60,035 nucleotides of DNA, taken from contig LCCV01000009.1 in the NCBI GenBank assembly GCA_000998135.1, positions 1 to 60,035 on the forward strand, read 5' to 3'. A program made the position numbers and the translations under genes. Below the pieces are notes generated by a model, which searched no databases, was not told the origin of the DNA, and saw only the letters and a program-made list of their open reading frames with translations. Source of the DNA: Parcubacteria group bacterium GW2011_GWA2_42_14 (lineage in GTDB: Bacteria > Patescibacteriota > Minisyncoccia > Sungbacterales > GWA2-42-14). Position 1 is the stretch's first letter; each line of letters starts with the position of its first letter. This document shows positions 44,866-55,060 of the stretch, in pieces.

Positions 44866-44874
44866 TGCCAAAAA

Positions 44875-45258
44875 ATGAATTATTTTTTAATACAACCTTA
44901 TTTCAAACTCTTTTATCCGTTCAAGTCGGTGCGGTTTTTAAATTTTTCTTTATTCAATTTCATCTTCGCCAAGAAAAAACAGCTAACTTTCTTATTGTTG
45001 GCCCTTTCCTTACTGTTGGGAATTATTTATGTTCTGGAGTTCAACCTGGTGTTAAATTTAGGCAAAAATATCGCAGTATTAAATATGGAACTAAAAAAAA
45101 CTATAAATGATTTTGATAAAAATGAAGCCAATTATTCCAAAGTTTACGCAACCGCCATTTCTTCATACCTTGAAGAAGCAAAGATTCTTGAGCGGGTTTC
45201 CAAAATAGAATATGTGGAAAAGGAATCATTGGTGGAGGCAGCGCAATACATACCATAA
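44875..45258 (+). CDS. FtsL-like cell division membrane protein (by position)
   Basis: Single TM helix plus a short coiled segment. It lies between rsmH and ftsI, as ftsL does in dcw clusters. Confidence 0.4.
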   Translation: MNYFLIQPYFKLFYPFKSVRFLNFSLFNFIFAKKKQLTFLLLALSLLLGIIYVLEFNLVLNLGKNIAVLNMELKKTINDFDKNEANYSKVYATAISSYLEEAKILERVSKIEYVEKESLVEAAQYIP

Positions 45259-45402
45259 TATAGTATTTATAAATATCGCGAAGCCGCCAAGAAGCGGCGA
45301 GCAAGTATCTATTAGTATCGGATACTCGTTGATATTAATTGAAATTTATTGATATTTATTGGTTGATTTGAAAAATGTATTTTTTTATTTATAATAGAGT
45401 AT

Positions 45403-47127
45403 GTGTCCAAATTTGATTTCCAACAATCAGTCAAGTGGAGGTTTATTGCGGTATTATCGCTATTTTTTTTAATTGTGGTCTTGATTATTTCCAGGCTTTT
45501 CTATATTTCCGTAATACAGAATAAATACTATAAAGAGTTGGCGGAAAATCAGCAATCGCTGAATAAAGTTTTACCTTCCAAGAGAGGTAAAATTTTTTTT
45601 CAGGACAGATTCGGCAATAAAAAAATAGCCGCCTTTTCGGCAGACGTTTACTCTATAGCCGTATCCCCTAAATTGATTAAAAATCCTCAGGATACCGCTT
45701 CCGCCCTCTCCGCTCTTTTCAAAAAAAGCCAGGATTTTTATATATCTAAATTAAGCAAATCTGACGACCCTTATGAAATAATTGAAAAAGATATATCGGA
45801 GGAAATGATTGATTCCGTAAATAAATTAAAAATACCCGGTCTGGTGTTCGTTCCTTCGCCTAAACGCTTTTATCCCAATGCCAGATTCGGCGCGCATGCT
45901 CTTGGTTTTGTAGGTTTTAAAAATGACGATTTATCAGGCCTTTATGGAGTAGAAAAGCAATACGAAAAAGAAATGGTGGGAGAAGCGGGAGCTATTGAAG
46001 GAGAAAAGGACGCATCGGGTTTTTTGCTCGCGATTGGTAAAAGAATTATCACTGAGCCGGTAAACGGTTCCGATATTGTTCTCACCATAGACCACAATAT
46101 TCAAAAAAAAGCCGAGGAAGAATTGATTTTAACCAAAGAAAAATGGGGCGCGGAAGTTGCCTCAATATTGATACTTGATCCGAAAATAGGAAAAATTCTG
46201 GCCATGGCCACTTTTCCCGCGTTTGACCCCAACGAATATTTCAAAGAAAAAAACTACCAAATTTTCAAAAACCCTCTCATAGAATCAATTTTTGAACTTG
46301 GTTCCGTATTCAAACCGATAACCTCTGCCGGCGCCTTGAATGAAAATCTTATAAACCCGGATACGATTTATGACGATACGGGAGCGGTAAAAATCGGCGG
46401 CTATACCATAAAAAATTTTGATAACAAAGCGCACGGCATCCAAACCGTAACGCAGGTATTGGAAAAATCTTTGAATACGGGCGCTGTTTTTATTCAAAAA
46501 ATTCTTGGTAAAGACAAATTTAAAAAATATGTTGACAATTTTGGTTTCGGCCGCCCAACCGGCATTGACCTGCCGGGAGAAGTCGCGGGCAACATTTCTA
46601 ATTTAAAATATTACCGGGATATTGATTATGCCACCGCTTCCTTTGGACAGGGAATTGCCGTAACTCCGATTCAGATGGCAAGCGCTTTTGCCGCGATAGC
46701 CAACAAAGGTAAAATGATGAAACCATATATAGTTGATAAATTAATAGATGAAAACGGAAATGAATACGTAATTAACCCCGAAGAAAAAGGGCAAATAATA
46801 AAGCCGGAAACCTCCGAAACGCTTTCCAAAATGCTGGTTTCCGTCGTAAGAAACGGTTTTGAGGGAAAAGCGGGCGTAAATGGATACTTTGTAGCCGCCA
46901 AAACCGGAACAGCGCAAATTCCTTCGTTCGACAAAAGGGGATATACAACAGACGTAATTCACACTTTTATCGGCTATGCCCCGGCTTTTAACCCAAAATT
47001 TTTGGTTTATATTCAGATTAATAAGCCCTCGGGCAACAGATTTGCTTCCAATACCCTTACCATTCCTTTTCACAATATTATTGAATACTTGCTGAATTAT
47101 TATGAAATACCGCCGGATGAGAAATAA
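45403..47127 (+). CDS. ftsI: penicillin-binding protein 2/FtsI-type transpeptidase
   Basis: N-terminal TM helix and dimerisation domain, with GSVFKP (SxxK), SLN (SxN) and KTGTA (KTG) motifs. Confidence 0.85.
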   Translation: MSKFDFQQSVKWRFIAVLSLFFLIVVLIISRLFYISVIQNKYYKELAENQQSLNKVLPSKRGKIFFQDRFGNKKIAAFSADVYSIAVSPKLIKNPQDTASALSALFKKSQDFYISKLSKSDDPYEIIEKDISEEMIDSVNKLKIPGLVFVPSPKRFYPNARFGAHALGFVGFKNDDLSGLYGVEKQYEKEMVGEAGAIEGEKDASGFLLAIGKRIITEPVNGSDIVLTIDHNIQKKAEEELILTKEKWGAEVASILILDPKIGKILAMATFPAFDPNEYFKEKNYQIFKNPLIESIFELGSVFKPITSAGALNENLINPDTIYDDTGAVKIGGYTIKNFDNKAHGIQTVTQVLEKSLNTGAVFIQKILGKDKFKKYVDNFGFGRPTGIDLPGEVAGNISNLKYYRDIDYATASFGQGIAVTPIQMASAFAAIANKGKMMKPYIVDKLIDENGNEYVINPEEKGQIIKPETSETLSKMLVSVVRNGFEGKAGVNGYFVAAKTGTAQIPSFDKRGYTTDVIHTFIGYAPAFNPKFLVYIQINKPSGNRFASNTLTIPFHNIIEYLLNYYEIPPDEK

Positions 47128-47143
47128 AAAAGGGCAATAAGCC

Positions 47144-47677
47144 CTATAAATTGATTAGAAATTTCCACCACATTTGATTTCTTCGCTTTTTGAATATTTT
47201 TTCAACCATGTCAATATCCGGAATATCACTGTTAATCGTTTTGAAAAAAGATTTCAAAACGCCGATATCCGGCGCAGCACATGGATGAGCCACAAGCACC
47301 ATAACAATGGAATCTTCAGGAGACACCATGCCGCTCCAGACAAGATAAGCCATTGTTGCCGAGGGAGAACGCGATGCCCCCGCGGCACAATGAATAAGAA
47401 CGCCCCGTTCTGCCTCAAGACCTTTTTTGATCCAGGGAAAAATATTTTCTACAAGGACCTTATCGTATCCGGTGAAAGGCTCGTCTGAAATTGGTAATAT
47501 TTTCTGTTCGATTTCCAAATCGGCGCAGAAACGTTCATCTGGCCGATGTTTCCAATTATCAGTGACTGAAAAAATTTTTTTGATTGCGTAACGGTTTATT
47601 ATGTCTTTATCTGTTGCCGCCGCGGCGTTACCAAGATAAAGTTTCTCACAAATGAGCGAAATAAGCGGCTGGAGCAC
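47144..47677 (-). CDS. dual-specificity protein phosphatase
   Basis: VLIHCAAGASRS active-site loop (HCxxGxxRS). It is the only minus-strand gene inside the dcw cluster. Confidence 0.75.
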   Translation of the reverse strand: MLQPLISLICEKLYLGNAAAATDKDIINRYAIKKIFSVTDNWKHRPDERFCADLEIEQKILPISDEPFTGYDKVLVENIFPWIKKGLEAERGVLIHCAAGASRSPSATMAYLVWSGMVSPEDSIVMVLVAHPCAAPDIGVLKSFFKTINSDIPDIDMVEKIFKKRRNQMWWKFLINL

Positions 47678-47757
47678 ATCTTCTCCCTTTTTGTCAAAAA
47701 ACCTTATTCTTTTTCCACTATTAGTGTAATATATACGATATAAAAAAGCAACAAACT

Positions 47758-49158
47758 ATGTTCAAAAAGTCAATAGTTCAAAAAACTCTTCAAACTATCC
47801 TGGCGTTTTTGTCCAAAATTACCATTTGGCGCTATAAACCGCTTATTATAGGCATTACCGGCTCGGTGGGAAAGACCTCAACTAAAGAGGCGGTTTTTTG
47901 CGTGTTAAAAAGGAAATACCGCGTTCGCCGGGCAGAAAAAAACTATAATAATGAAATAGGTTTACCGCTTACAATTCTCGGTATTCCCCACTACGGCCGT
48001 AACATTTTAAAATGGTTTTCCGCGTTCTTCCGCGTCATCTTCCGCGTAATTCTGCGCCAACATCAATACCCCGAGATATTGGTGTTGGAATATGGAATTG
48101 ACCGCCCACGCGATATGGATTATTTGCTGTCTATTGCCAAACCGGACGCGGCAGTAATTACGGCTATTGGAGAAATTCCGGTTCATGTGGAATTTTTTGC
48201 CGATTCACTTGAAGTAGCCAAAGAAAAAGCAAAATTGATACAGGCATTGCCCATAAACGGCCAGGCAATTTTAAACGCGGATGACGAAGTTATTTCGGAA
48301 ATAAAAAATAAAACTAAAGCCAAAATTATTACATTCGGTTTTTATGAACACGCTAACATAAGAATTATGAATCATGAACTAACCCATCGACTCCGGAGTT
48401 CGACTGAGGATCACTCGAAGTCCTCGGGGCAGGCCCTTCAATCCGATTCGGGGCAAAGAATTATAAATACTTATGGAGGCAATTCTCTGCCGGAAGGCGT
48501 TGCTTTTAAAATTGAATATCAGGGCAAAACTATTCCCATTCGTCTTAATAATTGCTTTGGGAAACCCCAGGTTTATTCTGCTTCAGCCGCAATAGCCGTT
48601 GGTCTTATTCTCAACATAAATTTAGTTGAGATTGCCGAATCCTTAACTGATTATCTTCCGCCGCCGGGAAGGTTGCGGCTGCTGAAAGGGATTAAAAATA
48701 GTTTAATATTAGACGATACTTATAATGCCTCGCCCCAGGCCGTGCATGAAGCATTAGACGTTTTGGAGTCCTTGCCGGCCACGCGCCGCATTGTGGTTTT
48801 GGGAGATATGATGGAGATAGGAAAATTCACGGAATATGCTCACAGGGCCATCGGCGATAAAGTTGCTAAATTCGCGGATATTCTTTTTGCCGTAGGATCT
48901 AAAGCGCGTTTTATTGCCGACGAAGCGGGAACAAGGGGAATTGAAAAAAAATCCAGAAAACTTAATGAAGAACAAATTTTTATTTTTGATGACGCTATCA
49001 AGGCAGGAAAAAAACTTGATAAAATAATAAAACCGGGAGATTTGATTTTGGTCAAAGGCAGTCAATCAATGAGAATGGAAAAAGCGGTTGAAGAAATAAT
49101 GGCCGAACCGGAACGCGCCAAAGAATTGTTGGTGCGGCAAGATAAATATTGGAAGTAA
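47758..49158 (+). CDS. murF: UDP-N-acetylmuramoyl-tripeptide--D-alanyl-D-alanine ligase
   Basis: GITGSVGKTSTKE P-loop, NNEIGLPLT and DDTYNASP. It carries two extra segments, at 48018-48056 (TTCCGCG words, FFRVIFRVIL) and about 48385-48470 (RLRSSTEDHSKSSGQALQSDSGQ). Confidence 0.85.
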   Translation: MFKKSIVQKTLQTILAFLSKITIWRYKPLIIGITGSVGKTSTKEAVFCVLKRKYRVRRAEKNYNNEIGLPLTILGIPHYGRNILKWFSAFFRVIFRVILRQHQYPEILVLEYGIDRPRDMDYLLSIAKPDAAVITAIGEIPVHVEFFADSLEVAKEKAKLIQALPINGQAILNADDEVISEIKNKTKAKIITFGFYEHANIRIMNHELTHRLRSSTEDHSKSSGQALQSDSGQRIINTYGGNSLPEGVAFKIEYQGKTIPIRLNNCFGKPQVYSASAAIAVGLILNINLVEIAESLTDYLPPPGRLRLLKGIKNSLILDDTYNASPQAVHEALDVLESLPATRRIVVLGDMMEIGKFTEYAHRAIGDKVAKFADILFAVGSKARFIADEAGTRGIEKKSRKLNEEQIFIFDDAIKAGKKLDKIIKPGDLILVKGSQSMRMEKAVEEIMAEPERAKELLVRQDKYWK

Positions 49159-49235
49159 AATTTTATTTTTTTGTCTCTCCATATCATTCTAATGTTCTCA
49201 AGAGGGATAAACCGAAAATTTCTGTTGGTGCCGAA

Positions 49236-49330
49236 TGTCATCCTGAATGAACGTGAAGGATCTCGGCCACTCAAAAACATTGAAAATATTGAGATTCTTC
49301 TCCTTCGCATTGCTCAGGGTCAGAATGACA
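49236..49330. repeat. palindromic element of the GTCAT.CTGA...GAAG.ATCT family
   Basis: tgtcatcctgaatgaacgtgaaggatctc ... gagattcttctccttcgcattgctcagggtcagaatgaca. Confidence 0.7.
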
Positions 49331-49440
49331 AAAATGGAAAAGGGCCATTTGGCAACAGTCCCAATGTATCAATCATTTTGAAATTCTTTCAATTACGAAA
49401 CTATCAATATCAGCGTATTTTCGGCGTACTTTATCGGCGT

Positions 49441-49512
49441 TTTATCAGCTTCTATGGAAAATAGAAGCAGATTTGACGCTGATTAGTACGCTGATACCTC
49501 GCTGAAACTGTA
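49441..49512. repeat. word hairpin plus ACGCTGA array overlapping the GH15 gene 3' end
   Basis: atcagcttcta tggaaaa tagaagcagat ttg acgctgattagtacgctgatacctcgctga. The last 7 codons of the minus-strand gene (FSEVSAY) are encoded by the array. Confidence 0.7.
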
Positions 49513-50652
49513 TTTCGTAGCAATGAGTGCTAAAGCGTGCGCCCAAGCAAGCGGAGTGTTATTATTCTGTTTCCCGTTTTGATAAAGTTCCGGAATTTTG
49601 CTGTCTTTAATGTCCCCGCATCCTTCTTTAAACCAAAATACCGCTTTTTCATGGGAAACCTGGTCATGGAACTGGGAATAAATGATGGAAAGCCAGAATT
49701 TGAACATGGGCCACTCCGCGGAAATCCCCCTGTATTTTCCTTCGGTGGAACGGAAATAATCATCTCCCCAATAACGGTTGAATCCGTGAATTTGAAGAAG
49801 TTTATGATTATCCCCATTTGTTTTATGGCCGTTTACAATCCTTGAAATAATCTCGTCAATTTTTTCCGGTTTTACAGTCACATGATACGGCCAGATTAAT
49901 GAAAGCTGGGCGGAATCGCAATCATGGCTGTGATGAGATTTAAGACATTGTTCGCGCGATTCAAAAGGAAGAATTTCGTTAAGGACCTTATCTCCCAACT
50001 GGATAAGAGGGTCACGAATATCAACCAGTTTTTGTTTCTTTACGTATTTAAGTCCGGCCACCACCGCGCCAATTGAGGAACTATGCTGTATTTCGCATTC
50101 CTCCCACATGCCATAATCGGGATTTAGCCAGTATTCAACGCTCCTAAGATAGGCAACCAAAAGTTCAAGAATTTCCAAATCTTCCTCGTCCCTGATGATA
50201 CGCATATTTTTAAAATCGGCATCCGCCACAATATGCAGAAATAATCCCAAAGCATCCAATTGATGATGTCCCCACTTATCATCGGCAGTTATTTCTTCAA
50301 GGGTATTGGAGTTGAATTTTGCATGAATCAGACCGCCGGGAACATAAATTGGAGAAGCGATGCGAACCTTTATTTTTTTCTTATGTTTTTTGAACAGGTC
50401 AAAAACAATCCAGATGCCCTGCTTTAATTTTTCAAAGTCACCAAGATACCAATAAGCGTAGGTGGCATAAAGCGTATCGCGTATCCATAACGAGGAATAA
50501 TTTTCGGAGGGGGAGGCAATAAAGGCGCCATTGGGACGCCTAAGCGCTTCCATATTCTGAAGTATGGTTTGTTTATTGAACATTTCGCCCTTTTTCAGTT
50601 TTGACAAAGAACGGTATATAATATATCTATAATAAAAGTCGCTAAATTGCAA
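49483..50652 (-). CDS. glycoside hydrolase family 15 (glucoamylase-like)
   Basis: LWIRDTLY, WGHHQLDALG and DYGMWEE match GH15 catalytic-domain motifs. Confidence 0.7.
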   Translation of the reverse strand: MQFSDFYYRYIIYRSLSKLKKGEMFNKQTILQNMEALRRPNGAFIASPSENYSSLWIRDTLYATYAYWYLGDFEKLKQGIWIVFDLFKKHKKKIKVRIASPIYVPGGLIHAKFNSNTLEEITADDKWGHHQLDALGLFLHIVADADFKNMRIIRDEEDLEILELLVAYLRSVEYWLNPDYGMWEECEIQHSSSIGAVVAGLKYVKKQKLVDIRDPLIQLGDKVLNEILPFESREQCLKSHHSHDCDSAQLSLIWPYHVTVKPEKIDEIISRIVNGHKTNGDNHKLLQIHGFNRYWGDDYFRSTEGKYRGISAEWPMFKFWLSIIYSQFHDQVSHEKAVFWFKEGCGDIKDSKIPELYQNGKQNNNTPLAWAHALALIATKYSFSEVSAY

Positions 50653-50656
50653 TGTT

Positions 50657-50731
50657 GCTCCTATCGTCTAGTCTGGTCCAGGACGCCAGGTTCTCATCCT
50701 GGTAACCCGGGTTCGAATCCCGGTGGGAGCA
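50657..50731 (+). tRNA. tRNA-Glu (anticodon CTC)
   Basis: gctccta/tgggagc acceptor, ccagg-ttctcat-cctgg anticodon arm, ccggg-ttcgaat-cccgg T arm. Confidence 0.9.
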
Positions 50732-50826
50732 TCAAATTGTTCGGAATGAACAAATATACAATGGCTCACAGCGGGAGTCGAAGGAAATGCCGGGGGCATT
50801 TCCGGGGATTTTTGCGAGAAGCAAAA

Positions 50827-50845
50827 TCGAATTCCGGTGGGAGCA
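50827..50845 (+). repeat. direct repeat of the tRNA-Glu 3' end (18/19 nt)
   Basis: tcgaattccggtgggagca compared with tcgaatcccggtgggagca at 50713-50731. It is preceded by the hairpin ggatttttgcgagaagcaaaatcgaatt, which also occurs downstream of tRNA-Tyr (37770-37798). Confidence 0.7.
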
Positions 50846-50850
50846 TAAAT

Positions 50851-50921
50851 ATTCAAAAACCAAGAATTAATGCTTGGTTTTTGAATAATAGCGTGATTTT
50901 AAAACATGACGTTCTTTCTTT
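50851..50921. repeat. left copy of about 70-bp inverted repeat bracketing the pseudopilin module
   Basis: attcaaaaaccaagaattaatgcttggtttttgaataatagcgtgattttaaaacatgacg is about 87 percent identical to the reverse complement of 55061-55131. Confidence 0.75.
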
Positions 50922-50964
50922 TTTGTGAAATCGATAAGATTGTGATATAGTTAAGGTAAACATT

Positions 50965-52860
50965 ATGAATCCTATATTTTCACAAAAAGGGTTTACCCCG
51001 TTACAACCGGACGCTCCATGCCTCCGGGCTAGGGAGGAAAGCGGAATCCCAAAAGTCAAAGAGATGCCATGGCCTTTAGGCCGGGTTGTAGCGGGGTTTA
51101 CCCTTATTGAATCGCTCGTGGGTGTTGCCGTATTTATGATTATAGCGGTAAGTGTTTATCAGGCCTATGCCGTAACCATGAATGCTGTTCGCGTCTCTCG
51201 CCTTAAAATTATTGCCACGGCATTAGCGAACGAACAATTTGAGATTATCCGCAATTTGCCGTACGACGACGTAGGCGTAGTCGGCAGCATTCCGAACGGA
51301 AAAATTCCCCGCATACAGAATTTTATCCGCGACAACACTGAATTCGCGGTGGAAACGACAATACGCAACATTGATGATCCTTTTGACGGCACCATAGGCG
51401 GAGTTCCTAATGATCTTTCTCCGTCTGATTACAGACTTGCGGAATTAGAGATTTCCTGCTCTTCTTGCAAAAATTTTACTGCACTCCGCCTTACTACCCA
51501 GGTGGGTCCGAGAGCCCTCGAGACCGCTTCAACAAACGGCGCTCTTTTCGTTCAGGTTTTTGATGCTTCGGGGCAGCCGGTATCCGGCGCCGACGTGCAT
51601 GTTGAAAACAATCAGGCCGTCCCGCCGATCGTGATAGACGACACTACCAATAACGATGGATTCCTCCAGATTGTTGATGCGCCTCCCGGAGCGGAGGCCT
51701 ACGAGATTGCCGTTTCAAAGTCAGGTTATTCAACTGAACAGACGTATCCCACCGGCGCGCCGGGCAATCCCAATCCGACTAAACCCCATGCGACCGTTGC
51801 ATTGCAGCAACTCACCCAAATCAGTTTTTCGATTGACAGGACAAGCACGCTTGATATCTCAAGCGTAACGAATACGTGCGGTCCGGTTTCGTCCATTGAT
51901 TTTTCGCTTTCGGGCTCCAAACTTATTGGCGCCAATCCGGATGTTTTAAAATACAGCGCCTCGCACATTACCGACGGCTTAGGCAAAAAAACAATATTTG
52001 GTCTTGAATGGGATACGTATAATTTGAATTTTACCGACAGTTCCTATGACCTTGCGGGAGCCGTTCCACTTTTACCCCTGGCGCTGAATCCTAATACCGG
52101 TCAGGACTTTAAGCTAATTGTCGCGCCGAAAGTTTCGAATGGCTTGCTTGTAACCGTCAAAGATGCTTCAACGCAACTCCCGCTATCTGACGCAATCGTA
52201 AGACTTGAAGGGTTGAGTTATGATACAACATTGACAACCGGCCACGGTTTTATCCGGCAAACCGATTGGTCCGGTGGGGCAGGGCAAGATGACTTTATTG
52301 ACCCAGCGCGATATTTTGATTCTGACGGGAATGCGGAAATTAATGATCCGGCCGGAGAATTCCATTTGAGAAAGATATTTGATGAATACGAACCTTCCGC
52401 GTATCTTATTTCTTCCGCGTTTGACACCGGCTCGGCCAGCAATTTCCATCAAATTTTGTGGCAACCGCAAAGTCAGCCGCCCGATACTGGGCAAGACAGC
52501 GTCAGATTTCAGATTGCCACCAACAACAACAAAATGACATGGAACTTTTTAGGGACGGACGGCACCGCAAATACCTATTACACTCTTGCCGACCAAAATA
52601 TCAACTCTTTGCATAACGGCGACCGATATCTTCGCTACAAAGCATTTTTGCAGACAGCAAGCACAACATGGACACCCACCATTTCTGACGTTTCATTTAC
52701 TTTTACCTCATCCTGCGTACCTCCGGGTCAAGTGCTTTTTACCGGACTTGGCACCGGCGACTACACCTTAACGGTCTCTAAAGCCGGATATCAGCCCTTT
52801 ACCGATACGGTCACTGTTTCTTCTTCATGGCAACAATATGGGGTTACTGTATCGCCATAA
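50965..52860 (+). CDS. large pseudopilin (prepilin-type N-terminal cleavage/methylation domain) with CarboxypepD_reg-like domains
   Basis: G|FTLIESLVGVAVFMIIAV prepilin signal. The probable true start is MPWPLGRVVAG at 51064. Beta-sandwich repeats are present (GQPVSGADVHVEN...AVSKSGYS and LTVSKAGYQPF). Confidence 0.75.
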   Translation: MNPIFSQKGFTPLQPDAPCLRAREESGIPKVKEMPWPLGRVVAGFTLIESLVGVAVFMIIAVSVYQAYAVTMNAVRVSRLKIIATALANEQFEIIRNLPYDDVGVVGSIPNGKIPRIQNFIRDNTEFAVETTIRNIDDPFDGTIGGVPNDLSPSDYRLAELEISCSSCKNFTALRLTTQVGPRALETASTNGALFVQVFDASGQPVSGADVHVENNQAVPPIVIDDTTNNDGFLQIVDAPPGAEAYEIAVSKSGYSTEQTYPTGAPGNPNPTKPHATVALQQLTQISFSIDRTSTLDISSVTNTCGPVSSIDFSLSGSKLIGANPDVLKYSASHITDGLGKKTIFGLEWDTYNLNFTDSSYDLAGAVPLLPLALNPNTGQDFKLIVAPKVSNGLLVTVKDASTQLPLSDAIVRLEGLSYDTTLTTGHGFIRQTDWSGGAGQDDFIDPARYFDSDGNAEINDPAGEFHLRKIFDEYEPSAYLISSAFDTGSASNFHQILWQPQSQPPDTGQDSVRFQIATNNNKMTWNFLGTDGTANTYYTLADQNINSLHNGDRYLRYKAFLQTASTTWTPTISDVSFTFTSSCVPPGQVLFTGLGTGDYTLTVSKAGYQPFTDTVTVSSSWQQYGVTVSP

Positions 52861-52969
52861 ACCCCGTTAGAAATCACGGACGTAAAAATATGATTTTATA
52901 CAAAAAGTCAGAAAAGAATAAGATGTGGTGCGCAATGTATTTTTGTCCGCGTCTTATTTCTAACGGGGT
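52861..52969. repeat. long imperfect palindrome between pilin genes
   Basis: accccgttagaaat (52861-52874) pairs with atttctaacggggt (52956-52969). The same ccccgttaga/tctaacgggg arms occur inside mpg at 746-772. Confidence 0.65.
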
Positions 52970-52975
52970 AAAATT

Positions 52976-53599
52976 ATGGATTTTTTAAAAAACAGCCGAA
53001 AATTAGAATCCGGTTTTTCCGTAATAGAAGTTCTGGCCAGCATATTTATACTAACTCTCATAGGACTCGCGGTCTATTCTTTTCAAAAAGACGTTTTTTT
53101 GCTCAATGGAATTATTTTTGGAAGTTTAACGGCGCAAGATGAAGCGCGCCGCGCGTTGAAAAGCATGAGCGCGGAAATACGCGCCGCTTCTCCTTCAAGC
53201 ATTGGCGCTTATGCCCTCTCGCAAACAACCGCATCATCATTTACTTTTTACAGCAACATAGACAGCGATTTTTTTAAGGAGCGGGTGAGGTATTTTTTGG
53301 ACGGCGCGACTCTCAAAAAAGGCGTTATTAAACCTTCCGGATCACCGCTCACATATAATCCGGCAAACGAAATCCTATCCGAGTTGATACACAATATTGC
53401 GGGCGCCGCCACATCAACCTTCAGTTACTACGATGAAAATTACGATGGCACGACTCAAGCGCTCGCTGAACCAATAGACATAGCTATCGTGCGGCTTATA
53501 AAAATTACTATTGTGATTGACAAAAATCCACAAGCACTACCCGGACCCGTGACGTTTACAACACAAATTTCAATAAGAAATCTAAAAGACAACCTATGA
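52976..53599 (+). CDS. pseudopilin (prepilin-type N-terminal domain)
   Basis: ESG|FSVIEVLASIFILTLIGLAVYSF. Confidence 0.75.
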   Translation: MDFLKNSRKLESGFSVIEVLASIFILTLIGLAVYSFQKDVFLLNGIIFGSLTAQDEARRALKSMSAEIRAASPSSIGAYALSQTTASSFTFYSNIDSDFFKERVRYFLDGATLKKGVIKPSGSPLTYNPANEILSELIHNIAGAATSTFSYYDENYDGTTQALAEPIDIAIVRLIKITIVIDKNPQALPGPVTFTTQISIRNLKDNL

Positions 53600-55059
53600 T
53601 GACTCATTATTCAATTAAAAAAATAACAGAATTCATGAAATCCAGGAAAGGACAAATATTAATCCAGGTTATTGTTTTTGGGTCAATTGCCATTTACCTT
53701 TTGAGCACATTGGTAAGTTGGGCCTCATTAAACATCAAGGCCGGACGGCAGGCATTCAATCGCGAGAGATCCCTGCAAATTGCGGAAGCGGGTATTGATT
53801 ACTACCGATGGCATCTTGCGCACTCGCCCACAGATTTTCAAGACGGAACCGGAGGCCCCGGGCCGTACGTTCACGATTTTCGCGACAAAGACGGAAATAT
53901 CATCGGCCAATTTTCTCTGGATATCATACCGCCGCCGTTAGGCTCTACTTTAGCAACGGTGAAATCTACGGGAAGCATAATCGGAGATACAGCGCTTCTG
54001 CGTAAAATCGCGGTGCAATTTGCCAAACCTTCAATTGCAAAATACGCCGTTGCCGCCAATGCCGCCATGAGGTTTGGTTCGGGAACGGAAGTGTTTGGAC
54101 CGATCCATTCCAATGGAGGAATCCGTTTTGATGCTCTTGCGCATAATATTGTTACCAGCGCCGTTGCCTCATACGACGACCCCGATCATTCGGGAGCCAA
54201 TGAATTCGGCGTGCATACGCACGTTGCGCCAACCGACCCCTTGCCGCCTTCTCCTGTTCCCACGAGAACAGATGTTTTTGAAGTTGGCAGGCAATTCCCC
54301 GTACCCGCTTTGGATTTCGCCGGAATTACCGCTGACCTTGCCGAGATGAAAACAGACGCCCAGGCAAACGGTTTTTATCGCCCGAGCGCGGGAGCGCTTG
54401 GATACCATATTGTTTTGAGGACGGACGACACATTTGACCTTTATCGCGTAACGAGTTTGGTAAATCCGCCATCCGGATGTACGAACCCGGGCCAGTCCGG
54501 TTGGGGCACTTGGAGTATTCAAAACCAACAACTCGTCGGAAATTATCCATTTCCGGCAAACGGCATCATCTTTCTTGAAGACGATATTTTCGTTGACGGA
54601 CAAATCAACGGCGGCCGTCTTACAATCGTTGCCGCTTTTTTGCCGGATAATCCACCGTTTCGAAAAAACATCATTGTCAATAATGATCTTTTATACACTA
54701 ATTATGACGGTTCCGACATTCTCGGTCTTATTGCGCAAGGTAATGTTACTGTCGGCTTGGTAAGCGAAGATGACTTGAGGATTGACGCCGCGCTTATTGC
54801 TCAAAACGGCCGCGTAGGAAGATATTATTATCGTCCACCCGGCGGCGGTTCACAGCGCTGTTCTCCTAATCATGTGCGGCAGACCATAACGCTTTGGGGC
54901 ATGATTGCGACTAACCAGCGATATGGTTTTGCGTACACAGATGGGACAGGATACCAGATACGCAATCTTAATTATGACGGAAGTTTGCTTTACGGACCGC
55001 CGCCGAGCTTTCCTTTGACATCTGATCAATATATAACTCTCACTTGGGGAGAAGAATAA
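53596..55059 (+). CDS. PilX-like pilus assembly / minor pilin protein
   Basis: The hydrophobic N-terminus GQILIQVIVFGSIAIYLL followed by RSLQIAEAGIDYYRW resembles PilX_N. It overlaps the upstream gene in an ATGA arrangement. Confidence 0.55.
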   Translation: MMTHYSIKKITEFMKSRKGQILIQVIVFGSIAIYLLSTLVSWASLNIKAGRQAFNRERSLQIAEAGIDYYRWHLAHSPTDFQDGTGGPGPYVHDFRDKDGNIIGQFSLDIIPPPLGSTLATVKSTGSIIGDTALLRKIAVQFAKPSIAKYAVAANAAMRFGSGTEVFGPIHSNGGIRFDALAHNIVTSAVASYDDPDHSGANEFGVHTHVAPTDPLPPSPVPTRTDVFEVGRQFPVPALDFAGITADLAEMKTDAQANGFYRPSAGALGYHIVLRTDDTFDLYRVTSLVNPPSGCTNPGQSGWGTWSIQNQQLVGNYPFPANGIIFLEDDIFVDGQINGGRLTIVAAFLPDNPPFRKNIIVNNDLLYTNYDGSDILGLIAQGNVTVGLVSEDDLRIDAALIAQNGRVGRYYYRPPGGGSQRCSPNHVRQTITLWGMIATNQRYGFAYTDGTGYQIRNLNYDGSLLYGPPPSFPLTSDQYITLTWGEE

Positions 55060-55060
55060 C

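Noticed and set aside
50647-51059. ORFs 50647..50928(+), 50668..50856(-) and 50853..51059(-)
   Set aside because: They overlap tRNA-Glu, its duplicated 3' end and the inverted-repeat element.
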